A stretch of 64,000 nt of DNA from an uncultured Chloroflexia bacterium (GCA_963780865.1 CAWADT010000013.1:246491-310490); one strand, 5' to 3'; shown: positions 1 through 10,700, counted from the stretch's first letter. The notes: a model not told the origin generated them from the letters alone. A program made the numbers and translations.

Positions 1-2
1 GG

Positions 3-1103
3 CTCTTTGAGGCGATCGTTGCGGAAATACTCGGTTTCGGCCCGCTCGAGCCCTTACTAGCGGAAGAGGGGATTACCGAAATCATGGTGAATGGATCCAA
101 GAATGTGTACATTGAGCGGAAGGGGAAAGTCGAGCGGGTTCCGGTGAGTTTCGAAAGCGACGAGCATGTCATGCGAATTATCGACCGAATCGTCTCGCCG
201 CTCGGCCGCCGGATCGACGAATCCAGCCCGTACGTCGATGCCCGCCTTCCGGATGGATCCCGCGTCAACGCGGTCATTCCTCCGATCTCGCTGGTCGGTC
301 CGGTGCTGACCATCCGAAAATTCGCCAAAATCCCGATCACCGTCGACGATCTCATCCGGTTTGGCAGCATCACGGCCGAAGCCATCGAATTTTTAAAGGC
401 TTGCGTCTCCTCGCGGTTGAACGTCGTGATCTCCGGAGGTACTGGCTCCGGAAAAACCACGCTGCTCAATATTCTCTCCCAATTCATTCCCGCCGACGAG
501 CGCATCATCACCATCGAAAACGCCGCGGAATTGCAGCTTCGCCAGGATCACGTGGTGTCGCTTGAATCCCGGCCGCCCAATATCGAAGGGCGGGGGGAAG
601 TGACCATTCGCGATCTCGTGGTTAACGCGTTGCGGATGCGCCCCGAGAGAATTGTGGTGGGAGAGGTGCGCGATGACGCCGCCCTGGACATGCTCCAGGC
701 GATGAACACCGGCCATGACGGTTCCATGACCACCTTGCACTCCAACAGCCCGCGGGACACCCTCTCCCGTCTGGAAACCATGGTCATGATGGCGGGAATG
801 GACCTCCCGTCGCGGGCCATCCGCGAGCAGATCGCCTCCGCCATCAATCTGATCGTCCATCAGGAAAGGCTTCGGGACGGAACCCGGCACATCACCTACA
901 TTACCGAAGTGCAGGGCATGGAAGGCGACGTGATCACGATGACGGATTTGTTCGTGTTCGAGCAAACCGGAATCGAATCCGGCCATGTCGTCGGTCGTCT
1001 CCGGCCAACGGGGTTGCGCCCGAAGTTCATGGATCGAATCGAGGCTTCCGGGATTCACCTGCCCGCATCGGTGTTCGGCATCGGCGAGCGGCTGCGCTAC
1101 TAG
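3..1103 (+). CDS. cpaF: Tad/Flp pilus assembly ATPase CpaF/TadA (5'-truncated by window edge)
   Basis: Walker [10 protein letters not shown], '[14 protein letters not shown]', '[14 protein letters not shown]'; frame open back to position 3 ([19 protein letters not shown]); followed by tadB/tadC. Confidence 0.95.
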   Translation, partial: LFEAIVAEILGFGPLEPLLAEEGITEIMVNGSKNVYIERKGKVERVPVSFESDEHVMRIIDRIVSPLGRRIDESSPYVDARLPDGSRVNAVIPPISLVGPVLTIRKFAKIPITVDDLIRFGSITAEAIEFLKACVSSRLNVVISGGTGSGKTTLLNILSQFIPADERIITIENAAELQLRQDHVVSLESRPPNIEGRGEVTIRDLVVNALRMRPERIVVGEVRDDAALDMLQAMNTGHDGSMTTLHSNSPRDTLSRLETMVMMAGMDLPSRAIREQIASAINLIVHQERLRDGTRHITYITEVQGMEGDVITMTDLFVFEQTGIESGHVVGRLRPTGLRPKFMDRIEASGIHLPASVFGIGERLRY

Positions 1104-1120
1104 ATCCGGGAGTAAAAACC

Positions 1121-2086
1121 ATGTCCGTCACGCTGATTTCCATCATCTTCATCGCCGTCGCTCTGGGATTGCTTTTATTTGCCTTTCTCGGGTCGGGAGA
1201 ATTGTCCGTCGAGGAGAGGCTGAGCCGCTATACCGAGCTCACCGCCCCCACGGACACGGAAGCGCCCAAAGAAGAAAAAGCCAAGTCGTCGCCGATCACG
1301 GATTATCTGGATAAAACTTTTTCCCAATCGGATTGGTTCGAGAGCATCTCCAAGGATCTGGCTCAAGCCGATCTGAAGCTGCGTCCGACAGAATATATTC
1401 TCCTGATCGTGATCGCCAGCGTCGGCACAGGAGCCATAGCGGCTTTTCTGTTTGGGAACATTATTTTTGGGCTGATCGGGGGCGTCGGAGGGATATTCCT
1501 TCCCGGTTTTTATGTGGGGCAGAAAAAAACAGGTCGTCTGCATAAATTTGAGGACCAGCTGGCGGACATGCTGAACCTCAGCGTCAACAGCCTGCGGGCC
1601 GGGTATTCCGTGATCCAGGCGCTGGAGTCGGTCGCCAAGGAAATGCCGGCGCCCACCAACGGCGAAATTCGGCGCGTGGTGCAGGAAGTCCAAATCGGGC
1701 TCACCCTCGACACGGCTTTGGAAAACCTTCTCCGGCGGATGAGCAGCCCGGACCTAAAGCTCATCGTTACCGCGATTAATATTCAACGCGAAGTCGGCGG
1801 CAACCTGGCGGAAATATTGGATACGATTTCCCACACCATCCGCGAACGGGTGAGAATCAAAGGGGAAATCCGGGTGCTCACCTCCCAGCAGACCGTCACG
1901 GGATACTTGATCGGTTTCCTGCCGTTTGCCCTGGCCGCCTTTCTCTACCTCGATAACCGGGCTTACATTATGCGGTTCTTCGATCCCGCCACGCGCACCT
2001 GCGGCATCCCGATGGTCATCTGCGCGGTGCTTCTGATCGCCGCCGGGTTCTTCGCCATCAGCAGAATTGTATCGATCGAAGTATAA
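1121..2086 (+). CDS. tadB: Tad pilus assembly platform protein TadB (T2SS F family)
   Basis: 'NSLRAGYS', 'IQREVGGNLAEILD' motifs, TM helices, GGGAG RBS, position after cpaF. Confidence 0.92.
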   Translation: MSVTLISIIFIAVALGLLLFAFLGSGELSVEERLSRYTELTAPTDTEAPKEEKAKSSPITDYLDKTFSQSDWFESISKDLAQADLKLRPTEYILLIVIASVGTGAIAAFLFGNIIFGLIGGVGGIFLPGFYVGQKKTGRLHKFEDQLADMLNLSVNSLRAGYSVIQALESVAKEMPAPTNGEIRRVVQEVQIGLTLDTALENLLRRMSSPDLKLIVTAINIQREVGGNLAEILDTISHTIRERVRIKGEIRVLTSQQTVTGYLIGFLPFALAAFLYLDNRAYIMRFFDPATRTCGIPMVICAVLLIAAGFFAISRIVSIEV

Positions 2087-2095
2087 AGGGCCGCC

Positions 2096-3046
2096 ATGTT
2101 GATTGTCATTGTTATCGGCGTCGTCATTCTGGGGGCAGGGCTCCTGGTGTATGCCGCCATTCGGATGCCGAAGGATGAGACCCCGCTGGACTCGCGCCTG
2201 TCCGAATATGCGGGGCGCGAGGTTCCCGTCAGCCTGGAAGAGATCGAATTGCAGCAACCGTTCGCCGAACGGGTGGTCCTCCCCATTTTAAAGGGGGTCA
2301 GCGATTTTGTCGTCCGGTTTACGCCCGCCGCCAACATCCAAACCATCCAGGAAAAACTCAATATGGCTGGAAATCCCTGGGGGGTGGAAGCTCCGGTCTA
2401 TTGGTCGATGCAAATTGTTTTTGCCGCTTTCTTCGGTGGACTGCTGCTCTTCCTTTTCGTTTTTGGATCGCTGAAGCTTCAGTGGTTTATGTCCCTGGGG
2501 ATCACCTTGCTGGGTGTGGTCTTCGGATATTTTTTCCCGAGATTATATCTGGACAGCCGGATCGCCAGACGGCAGGACAATATCCGCAAGGCGATGCCGG
2601 ATGCGCTGGACCTGCTCACGATTTGCGTGGAAGCGGGTCTGGGGTTCGATTCCGCCATGTCGAAGGTAAACGAAGAATGGGAGAATGAATTGAGCGCCGC
2701 GTTCGGGAGAGTGATCCAGGAAATCCGGCTTGGCAAGCTGCGGCGCGACGCGCTCAAAGACATGGCGGAACGCGTCGGGATTCCTGAAATGACGAGTTTT
2801 GTGGCCGCCATCGTACAATCAGAACAATTGGGCGTCAGCATGTCCAGAGTGCTGCGCATTCAAGCCGATCAAATGCGCCTCCGTCGGCGGCAGCGCGCCG
2901 AAGAAAAAGCTCATCAGGCGCCGGTGATCATGATGCTTCCGCTGGTGTTTCTGATCTTCCCTACGATTCTCATCGTTCTCCTCGGCCCCGCCGGGTTGAT
3001 TCTCTTCACCTCCCCGGTCGGGCATATGTTCTTTGGCGGGGGATGA
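2096..3046 (+). CDS. tadC: Tad pilus assembly platform protein TadC
   Basis: 'PDALDLLTICVEAGLGFD', 'QSEQLGVS', 'RRQRAEEKA' motifs. Confidence 0.92.
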   Translation: MLIVIVIGVVILGAGLLVYAAIRMPKDETPLDSRLSEYAGREVPVSLEEIELQQPFAERVVLPILKGVSDFVVRFTPAANIQTIQEKLNMAGNPWGVEAPVYWSMQIVFAAFFGGLLLFLFVFGSLKLQWFMSLGITLLGVVFGYFFPRLYLDSRIARRQDNIRKAMPDALDLLTICVEAGLGFDSAMSKVNEEWENELSAAFGRVIQEIRLGKLRRDALKDMAERVGIPEMTSFVAAIVQSEQLGVSMSRVLRIQADQMRLRRRQRAEEKAHQAPVIMMLPLVFLIFPTILIVLLGPAGLILFTSPVGHMFFGGG

Positions 3047-3813
3047 TGCCCGGGCTTTCCTCCAAACGCCGATGGATCGAAGGCAGTAATTCTTTCCGTT
3101 CGATTTATTTTTATCTCCTCGATCTTCTCTTTCCTTCCCATTGCGTGGAATGCCATTCCGCCGGCCGCTCCATCTGCGGGAAATGTTACCCGCTCATCGA
3201 ATGGATCGAAGCGCCCTTCTGCCGCCTCTGCGGTCAGCCGCTGGGAAAAATCGACCATCACCAGTGCGTCGACCCCCAGTTGCTCAGGTTTGTTCGATCG
3301 GCAGCCGTTTTTTCCGGACCCATGCGGCGGGCCATCCATGCGCTAAAGTATTCCTCCGACCGCGTCCTGGCACTGTTTCTGGTGGATATTTCCTTTCCCC
3401 ATTTTTCCACGCTCTCCTTGGATTTCGATCGCATCCTTCCAGTCCCGCTCGGGCGAATTCGGGAAAGAGAACGGGGCTATAATCAATCCGTGCTGCTGGC
3501 CGAAGCGTTGTCGATCAAGGCACACATTCCGGTCGACGCGAAGTGTCTGTCCCGATCCCGCGAAACGAGATCCCAGGTGGGTTTATCTCACGCCGAACGG
3601 AGAATAAATGTGGAACGGGCTTTTTCCGCATCGTCCGTCTCGGGCTGCAAAATCCTTTTGGTGGACGACGTGTGCACAACGGGGGCTACCTTGCAGAGTT
3701 GCGCGGCCGCTCTGATGGGGGCAGGTGCGCATTCGGTCGCCGGTTTGACGCTTGCCCGGGCGATCCTTCCCGGAATGGACCTTCATCCCGATCCTCACGG
3801 AGAGAAAAAATGA
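3043..3813 (+). CDS. comF: ComF family competence protein (zinc ribbon + phosphoribosyltransferase)
   Basis: CxxC pairs, 'RGYNQS', PRPP loop 'LLVDDVCTTGAT'; overlaps tadC stop. Confidence 0.9.
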   Translation: MMPGLSSKRRWIEGSNSFRSIYFYLLDLLFPSHCVECHSAGRSICGKCYPLIEWIEAPFCRLCGQPLGKIDHHQCVDPQLLRFVRSAAVFSGPMRRAIHALKYSSDRVLALFLVDISFPHFSTLSLDFDRILPVPLGRIRERERGYNQSVLLAEALSIKAHIPVDAKCLSRSRETRSQVGLSHAERRINVERAFSASSVSGCKILLVDDVCTTGATLQSCAAALMGAGAHSVAGLTLARAILPGMDLHPDPHGEKK

Positions 3814-4361
3814 CCATCCGGATTCTCATCAACACGTCGGAAATGGAAATGACTCCTCATTTGAAGGAGTACGTGGAGAAGAAGCTCCTTAAATTAAACC
3901 GATTATTGGACAATCTCGATGAAGCCAGGGTGGAATTAAAGTTCAACTCCTCGGTCCGGAGCGCTTCCGATAAACACGTGGCGCAAATGACCGTCCGCGG
4001 AAAAAACCTGCTGCTGCGGGCCGAGGAACGCAGCGAGGATATCTACACTTCCATCGACGTGGCGCTGGATAAACTACACCGTCAATTGGAAAAATTCAAG
4101 GGGAAGCATATGCGCTCGCGCGAAGAACTCGCGGCGCTGGCGGCGGAGGCCGGTCTTCCCCGCCCGAAGGAGGAGTCGCCGATCGTCCGCAGAAAATCCT
4201 TCCTTCTGGAGCCGATGAACGAAAAAGAGGCCATGGAGCAGATGCAAATGCTGGGGCACGAGGAATTCTTCCTATTTCAGAACGTTCAAAGCGGAAAAGT
4301 AAACGTCATCTACAAGCGCCGGGACGGCTCCTATGGAATGCTGGAACCGGAAATTCGATAG
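3810..4361 (+). CDS. raiA: Long ribosome hibernation promoting factor (HPF/RaiA)
   Basis: ATGA overlap with comF; 'LRAEERSEDIYTSID', C-terminal 'PMNEKEAMEQMQMLGHEEFFLF...NVIYKRRDGSYG'. Confidence 0.92.
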   Translation: MTIRILINTSEMEMTPHLKEYVEKKLLKLNRLLDNLDEARVELKFNSSVRSASDKHVAQMTVRGKNLLLRAEERSEDIYTSIDVALDKLHRQLEKFKGKHMRSREELAALAAEAGLPRPKEESPIVRRKSFLLEPMNEKEAMEQMQMLGHEEFFLFQNVQSGKVNVIYKRRDGSYGMLEPEIR

Positions 4362-4379
4362 GAATAATTCCTCCGGATT

Positions 4380-5141
4380 CTAGCGGGCCGTTTGCAAACC
4401 CCATCGTTCACGAATGGCCCGCTCGATGGGGGCGAAGATCAGAAAATCCACCATCAATCCGATCAGGACGATGATCAGCATCACGGCGATCACCTGGCTC
4501 ATATCATTAAGTTCCCTTCCCATCGTCAGCAAGAAACCGATCCCCATCCCGGCATACAATAATTCGCCGGCCATGAGGGAACGCCAGGCAAAGGACCAGC
4601 CGAGCTTCATTCCCGAGATGATCGACGGAAGGGCCGCGGGTAATATCACGCGGAAATACAATTGGAACCCCGCGGCACCCATTGTTTTCGCCGCATGAAG
4701 GAACAGGGGAGGCGTATTCCGGATTCCGTCTGCGGTGGCCAAGGAGATCGATAGCACCGCCCCCATAATGACAACGAAGATAATCGCTTTATCCGATAAC
4801 CCGAACCACAGCAGCGCCAACGGCAACCAGCATACGCTCGGAAGCGCTTGCAACCCCAGGAGCAGCGACCCCAGTGTTTTTTGGATGATTTGAATTCTTC
4901 CCAGGAGCACGCCGAGGGTGATTCCGAGCGCGAGGGATATTCCGTACCCGATGGCAATCCTTCTAAGGCTGATCGAAATGGCGAGCGGATAGCTGCCGTC
5001 GGAAAAACCGTTCCAGATGGATAGAATCACTTTCGAAGGTGAAGGAAAAATGTACGTCGGCCAGAATTGCAAAAGGGCCAGGATCTCCCAGGCGGCCAAC
5101 AGCAGGATATAGAAACCGATTCTAAGCAGCCAGTTTCTCAT
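4380..5141 (-). CDS. Nitrate/sulfonate/taurine-type ABC transporter permease (SsuC/TauC family)
   Basis: Multiple TM helices, EAA-like loop 'AAKTMGA', 'AWRSLMAGEL'. Confidence 0.88.
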   Translation of the reverse strand: MRNWLLRIGFYILLLAAWEILALLQFWPTYIFPSPSKVILSIWNGFSDGSYPLAISISLRRIAIGYGISLALGITLGVLLGRIQIIQKTLGSLLLGLQALPSVCWLPLALLWFGLSDKAIIFVVIMGAVLSISLATADGIRNTPPLFLHAAKTMGAAGFQLYFRVILPAALPSIISGMKLGWSFAWRSLMAGELLYAGMGIGFLLTMGRELNDMSQVIAVMLIIVLIGLMVDFLIFAPIERAIRERWGLQTAR

Positions 5142-5928
5142 TGTTTAATTCCTTTTGTTGGGCGGCGAGAACCTCTTCCCGCAAATCGGAGAGCAATTCG
5201 CGCACAGCTTCAATTAACGCGAAATCCTCGATATGGCGCGGGCGTGGAAGTTCGCATCGAAAATCCCTCTTTAATCTTCCGGGCCTGGCGGAGAGCAAAA
5301 GCACCCGGTCCCCCAGCACCAAAGCCTCGCGGACGTTATGGGTGACAAACAGGATGGTCTTGCCGGTCTTGGCCCAGATTTCCTGCAATTCCGCATGCAG
5401 CATGTCTCTGGTTTGCGCGTCCAACGCCGCAAACGGCTCATCCATAAGCAGAATATCCGGCTCGATCGCCAGGGCGCGGGCCAAAGCAACCCGTTGTTTC
5501 ATGCCCCCGGACAATTCATGCATATAGGCTGTTCCAAAACTGCTCAACCCGACCATCCGGAGATATTCGCTGACCTTCGGGGACTGCTTTTTCTTCGGCA
5601 TTCCAATGCAGTCCAGGCCGAAGGCGACGTTATCCAGAACGTTGAGCCAGGGAAACAGAGCCGGTTCCTGAAAGATCTCCACGCGTTCGCGTCCGGGCCC
5701 CGTTATTTCCTTCCCGTCCATGAGCACCGTTCCAGAATCCGGCTTATCCAAGCCGGCGATGATGTTCAACAGGGTGGTTTTTCCGCAACCCGACGGCCCC
5801 AGCAGGCATATGAATTCCCCGGCCCGGACGTCAAACGATAAATCCTCCAACGCATTTGTCAATTCGCGGTGGCTGTGATGAAATACCTTGGAGACGGACC
5901 TGACCGAGAGTTTCAAATTATCTCCCAT
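5122..5928 (-). CDS. Nitrate/sulfonate/taurine-type ABC transporter ATP-binding protein (SsuB/TauB family)
   Basis: GPSGCGKTT, LSGGMKQR, LLMDEPF, 'ALFPWLNV'. Confidence 0.92.
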   Translation of the reverse strand: MGDNLKLSVRSVSKVFHHSHRELTNALEDLSFDVRAGEFICLLGPSGCGKTTLLNIIAGLDKPDSGTVLMDGKEITGPGRERVEIFQEPALFPWLNVLDNVAFGLDCIGMPKKKQSPKVSEYLRMVGLSSFGTAYMHELSGGMKQRVALARALAIEPDILLMDEPFAALDAQTRDMLHAELQEIWAKTGKTILFVTHNVREALVLGDRVLLLSARPGRLKRDFRCELPRPRHIEDFALIEAVRELLSDLREEVLAAQQKELNNEKLAA

Positions 5929-6280
5929 GGGGTTGGCGGATAAATTGGTTATTTATTTTCAGTGTCGAGCTGGAATGCGTTGAGGAAACCAGGGTACCCA
6001 AATGTATCGGAATGGAGCCGGCAATGGCGTGCCGATCCATCCATTGTGCCTGAGCCGATACCGATGTTGGTCATTGTAAAACCGGTCCGTGCCCAGGCGG
6101 CTCGGATCCACTCATGGCAGGCTAAGAATCCCGCCAGGAAAACAAACGCTCGAAACCCGGAAACGCCGAAAAGACAGGCCATCTCGATTTTTTCCAGCCC
6201 TTCTTCCCGTTCAATTCAAGTATAATTATACCCCGGGCGGTGAATTTTAATATATTTCAAGGGATAAACCCTTTTTTTCG

Positions 6281-8323
6281 ATGGACCCACAAACTGTTCT
6301 CCTGCGGATGAAAAAATTAAGGGAGGAAATTTTATACCATAGCCACCGGTATTACGTACTGGATTCCCCCGTTATCAGCGATTCGGAATATGACGCACTC
6401 TTTGGGGAACTTCAAAAACTAGAGGACGCCTATCCCCAATACCGGTCGCCCGATTCCCCAACGCAGCGCATCGGAGGATTTATCTCCGAAAAATTCCAAC
6501 GCGTACTCCACCCCCAGCCCATTCTCAGCCTGGCGAATGCTTTTTCCGCCGAAGATCTATTGGCCTGGCAAGAGCGGGTTTCCCGTTTGAATCCCAAAGT
6601 CTGCCAATCCCCGTTTGTGATCGAGCCGAAAATTGACGGGCTGACCGTGATATTACATTATCGGAACGGAGTATTCGAACTGGGCGCCACGCGCGGTGAT
6701 GGGTCGCAGGGAGAAGATATCACCCCTAACCTCCGGACCGTACGATCCCTGCCGCTTCGAATTCCAGTCGATCCCTCCTATTCCGGGAATCTTCCCAATC
6801 GATTGGTGGTGCGGGGAGAGGCTTTCATCCGGTTGAAGCCTTTTGAGGCCTTGAATGCGGAACTCGCGGGCAGGGGGGAGAAAATTTACGTCAATCCGCG
6901 CAACGCCGCGGCGGGGGCTCTACGCCAGTTGGATTCACACCTCACTGCCCAGCGGCCGATCGATTTGCTTTGCTACGCCATCATCGCTTGGGAGGGCGGG
7001 GGCAAGCCCACGACCCAACGGGGCACCCTCGAGATTCTGAAGGCGTTGGGATTTCCCGTCAGCCGCGATATCCAAACGGCGGAAACCATCCAGGAGGCGG
7101 CTCACCTGTGCGCGGACTGGGAGCGCCGGAGGAATTCGCTGGATTACGAAGTGGACGGCGCGGTGATAAAGCTGGACGATTTAGCCCTGGCGGACGAATT
7201 AGGAACCGTGGGAAAAGATCCGCGCAGTGCCATCGCGTATAAATTCGCCGCCCGCGAAGAGAGCACCATGCTTCGAGAAATCGGCGTCAACGTCGGCCGA
7301 ACCGGGGTGCTGACGCCCTACGCCGTGCTCGAACCCGTTGCGATCGGGGGAGTGACGGTCAGCCGCGCCACGCTTCACAATTTTGATTTCATCCGCGAGC
7401 GGGACATTCAAATCGGCGATACGATCATGATCAAACGCGCGGGAGACGTGATCCCGTATGTGATCGGACCGATCCTCGACAAACGCACCGGAAGGGAAAC
7501 ACCCTATTCCTCTCCCACCCGGTGCCCCTCCTGCCATGAGCCGGTCGAGAAGATCCCGGACGAGGTTGCGCTTTATTGCATCAATGCTTCCTGCCCGGAC
7601 CAGCTTATCCGAAATCTAGAGCATTTCGCCTCCCGCTCCGCGATGGATATCGAAGGGCTCGGCATCCGCATCATCGAGCAACTGGTCCAGGAACGGTTGG
7701 TAAAAGACCTCGCCGATCCCTACCGGCTGAAAAAAGAAGAGTTGCTTCGTCTGGAAGGGTTTGCCGAAAAGAAAGCGGAAAACCTCGTCCGCGCCATCGA
7801 GGATTCAAAATCCCGATCGCTTCCGAGATTCCTTACCGGGTTGGGAATACACGGCGTCGGCGAAATTCTGGCGGGAGATCTTGCCCGCTACATCACTCGT
7901 CTGGATCGTCTTAACCATTTGTCCCTGGAAGAATTACAGACCATTTCCGGCGTGGGACCCAATCTGGCGGAATCCATTCTGGGCTGGTTCGCCCGCAAAC
8001 CCAACCGGGCGCTGTTGGAGAAATTTCACCATGTGGGCATCTGGCCGATTTACACCGCGACCGAAACGGCGGCCGGCGGGGCATTGGCGGGCAGGCAATT
8101 CGTGGTGACCGGAACGCTGGAAAAATATTCCCGCGAGGATATTAAAACTTACATCCGGCAGTCGGGTGGAACCGTGCAGGAATCCGTCTCCAGGAAAACC
8201 GACTATTTGGTGGCCGGGGAGAATCCCGGTTCCAAATTGGAAAAAGCGAAAGCGCTTGGAATTCCCATTCTGAGCGAGCGGGACCTCGAACGATGGGTGC
8301 AATCAAAGGAAAAACCCGCTTGA
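6281..8323 (+). CDS. ligA: NAD-dependent DNA ligase
   Basis: KIDG adenylation motif, 'TRGDG', zinc finger CPSC...C...C, HhH repeats, C-terminal BRCT. Confidence 0.97.
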   Translation: MDPQTVLLRMKKLREEILYHSHRYYVLDSPVISDSEYDALFGELQKLEDAYPQYRSPDSPTQRIGGFISEKFQRVLHPQPILSLANAFSAEDLLAWQERVSRLNPKVCQSPFVIEPKIDGLTVILHYRNGVFELGATRGDGSQGEDITPNLRTVRSLPLRIPVDPSYSGNLPNRLVVRGEAFIRLKPFEALNAELAGRGEKIYVNPRNAAAGALRQLDSHLTAQRPIDLLCYAIIAWEGGGKPTTQRGTLEILKALGFPVSRDIQTAETIQEAAHLCADWERRRNSLDYEVDGAVIKLDDLALADELGTVGKDPRSAIAYKFAAREESTMLREIGVNVGRTGVLTPYAVLEPVAIGGVTVSRATLHNFDFIRERDIQIGDTIMIKRAGDVIPYVIGPILDKRTGRETPYSSPTRCPSCHEPVEKIPDEVALYCINASCPDQLIRNLEHFASRSAMDIEGLGIRIIEQLVQERLVKDLADPYRLKKEELLRLEGFAEKKAENLVRAIEDSKSRSLPRFLTGLGIHGVGEILAGDLARYITRLDRLNHLSLEELQTISGVGPNLAESILGWFARKPNRALLEKFHHVGIWPIYTATETAAGGALAGRQFVVTGTLEKYSREDIKTYIRQSGGTVQESVSRKTDYLVAGENPGSKLEKAKALGIPILSERDLERWVQSKEKPA

Positions 8324-9519
8324 CCGATCCCCATATCGTCTTAAAGCTCGGCCGGGAAAAATCCATTCGCCAAAGGCATCCCTGGATCTTTTCCGGCGCC
8401 ATCCAGGACATTGCGGGATCGCCCGGGATGGGGGACACGGTCGACGTCTTGGACCAGCGGGGCGGCTGGCTGGCCAGGGCGGGGTACAGCCCCCATTCGC
8501 AAATCTCAGCCAGGATTTGGACTTGGCGCGAATCAGAAACCGTCGACGAGGGTTTTTTCCTTCGGGCCATCCGCCAGGCCGACGAAAATCGTTCCGCCCT
8601 CCAGCCGTACACCAACGGCCTCCGCCTGGTGAACGCGGAAAATGACGGATTGCCGGGATTAATTCTTGATTCCTATGACGGCTATTTGGTCGTCCAATTT
8701 CTTTCAGCCGGGACGGAGCGTTGGCGAAAGGAAATCTTGAACGCCGCCACGCAGCTTCCGGGCGTGAAAGGCGTCTTCGAACGGTCCGACGTCGAGGTCC
8801 GGGAGAAAGAAGGCCTTCCTCCGGCTCAAGGCGTCGTCCGCGGCCAAAGTCCGCCGCAGCAGGTGGTCATGACCGAGGGCGGCTGGAAATTCCTTGTGGA
8901 CGTGCGCCAAGGCCATAAGACCGGGTTCTATCTGGATCAGCGGGAAAATCGATCCATCCTGGCCCGGTGGATTTCACAAAATCTACGGGGGAAGGAAATA
9001 TTAAACGTCTTTTCTTACACCGGCGCATTCGCCGTGGTGGGCTATACCTCGGGTGCCGGATATGTTCTCAACGTGGATTCTTCCGAAGCGGCGCTCTCGG
9101 TACTGCCGGAACATTATTCCTTGAACGGAATACCGCCCGTACAGGATGATCATCTGGCGGGCAACGCCTTTGAGGTGCTACGGGGCTTCCGGGATCAGGG
9201 AAGGCTTTTTGATATGATCATTCTGGATCCCCCTAAATTGGCGCAATCCCAACAGGGCTTAACCAAAGCCACTCGAGCGTATAAAGATATCAATTGGCTG
9301 TCGATGCGCTTGCTCCGCCCGAACGGTTACCTCGCGACCTTTTCCTGTTCCGGTTTGGTGGATGAGGAATTGTTCCAAAAGATTCTTTTTTCCGCCTCGC
9401 TGGATGCCGGGCGGGATGTACAAATTATGGAACGGCTGGGTCAGCCCTTGGACCATCCCGTGCGGTTATCATTTCCCGAAGGCAAATATCTCAAGGGGTT
9501 TATTTGCCGGGTTGCCTAA
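8320..9519 (+). CDS. rlmI: RlmI-like class I SAM-dependent rRNA methyltransferase
   Basis: PUA 'HPWIFSG', 'GHKTGFYLDQRENR', 'ILDPP', 'FPEGKYLKG'; TTG start overlaps ligA stop. Confidence 0.85.
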   Translation: MTDPHIVLKLGREKSIRQRHPWIFSGAIQDIAGSPGMGDTVDVLDQRGGWLARAGYSPHSQISARIWTWRESETVDEGFFLRAIRQADENRSALQPYTNGLRLVNAENDGLPGLILDSYDGYLVVQFLSAGTERWRKEILNAATQLPGVKGVFERSDVEVREKEGLPPAQGVVRGQSPPQQVVMTEGGWKFLVDVRQGHKTGFYLDQRENRSILARWISQNLRGKEILNVFSYTGAFAVVGYTSGAGYVLNVDSSEAALSVLPEHYSLNGIPPVQDDHLAGNAFEVLRGFRDQGRLFDMIILDPPKLAQSQQGLTKATRAYKDINWLSMRLLRPNGYLATFSCSGLVDEELFQKILFSASLDAGRDVQIMERLGQPLDHPVRLSFPEGKYLKGFICRVA

Positions 9520-9545
9520 TAGATGTCGGCGCCGGCACTTGGAAG

Positions 9546-9583
9546 AAAGAAAGCCGTATTCAAAATGAATACGGCTTTCTTTT
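9546..9583. terminator. Bidirectional intrinsic terminator between rlmI and ssrA
   Basis: AAAGAAAGCCGTATTCA-aaa-TGAATACGGCTTTCTTT perfect inverted repeat between convergent genes. Confidence 0.8.
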
Positions 9584-9624
9584 CCGGGTGTGTTTCGTGA
9601 TCCACTTTCGCAAAGAGAAAGAAG

Positions 9625-10015
9625 TGGAGATGGCGGGAATTGAACCCGCGTCCGAGAAGATTCGCCTTCAGATATCTACGGGTATAGCCGAATTGTTACC
9701 TCTCGGCGACCGGGTATTCATCCGGCGGAAAACCCCGGTTCACCAAGCCGCTTGGGCCCGAAAGCCCTCTTTCGCGCACGTCGCGACGTCGTGCGCGGCA
9801 CTTTGGCTTTGTCGCGCCTGGATTTCTCCCAGCCAAAGTTAGGGAGAGCCAGACGTGACCCCTTTTGGGGTCAGGCTCTATATTGCGGGTTAGGCCGCAA
9901 CAGGAAGAGCGGAGTAAGTGTGATTGGCACTTTGGTTTTGCGCTGATTTACCGAGTTCGGCGCCTCTCGACCCGCAATCTGAAAACAGCCTCCTCCGTCG
10001 ATACCTTTCATCCCC
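9625..10015 (-). ncRNA. ssrA: tmRNA, tag peptide (A)ANHTYSALPVAA*
   Basis: 5' GGGGATG pairs with 3' CATCTCC-A including the G3:U Ala identity pair; T-arm GCGGGTTCAATTCCCGC; tag ORF 9928-9890; immediately downstream of smpB; CCA not fully encoded. Confidence 0.95.
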
Positions 10016-10036
10016 GGAAAATAAATTATATCACCG

Positions 10037-10495
10037 TTAATCCCGCCGCTTCAACATTTTTTGCATTTCACGCTCTGCGTCCCGTTTAGCGATTTTCTGG
10101 CGTTTGTCGTAATGTTTTAATCCCCTCCCGACCCCCAACTCGATTTTCGCAAACCCTCCCTTGAGATAGACGCGCAACGGAATGACGGCCAGCCCCTTCA
10201 GTTGTTGGTTCTCCTGCAATTTGCGGATTTCTTTTTTGTGAAGGAGCAGCCTTTTTTTCCTTAACGGATCGTGATTCATCCGGCTGGCCATCTCGTAGGG
10301 CGAGATATGCACGTTAATCAGCCAGGCCTGATTTCGTTCGATCAGGACATACCCTTCCTTGATATTGATCTGTCCGGAGCGCACGGATTTAATTTCGCTG
10401 CCCTGGAGCGCCACCCCGGCTTCGATCGTCTCTAAAATATCATAATCATGCCGTGCTTTCCGGTTGGTGGCGACGGCGGTGGAATTCTTATTCAT
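10037..10495 (-). CDS. smpB: SsrA-binding protein
   Basis: 'NRKARHDY', 'GSEIKS', 'LLLHKKEI', 'KHYDKR'. Confidence 0.97.
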   Translation of the reverse strand: MNKNSTAVATNRKARHDYDILETIEAGVALQGSEIKSVRSGQINIKEGYVLIERNQAWLINVHISPYEMASRMNHDPLRKKRLLLHKKEIRKLQENQQLKGLAVIPLRVYLKGGFAKIELGVGRGLKHYDKRQKIAKRDAEREMQKMLKRRD

Positions 10496-10700
10496 CTCGA
10501 TTCACCAAATCTCTTTATGGATCCCCGCGGTGGGCTAATGCGCAATTATAATTTCTTTTTCCACTCCGACCAACTCCACTGCGCCCGGCGCCCAAAGTGG
10601 ATTTCTTCACGATCCAGGGCAGCGAATCCCGGCAGAAAACGGGACGGCATTGCTGAGCATCGGTCTTTTCACTATAATGGCGCGAATTCCGGGAGGGACT

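Noticed and set aside
3043-3813. raiA-motif ncRNA near comF/raiA
   Set aside because: The genes overlap, leaving no intergenic space.
5949-6182. 77-aa ORF upstream of the ABC ATPase
   Set aside because: No recognisable motif or convincing composition; not reported as a gene.
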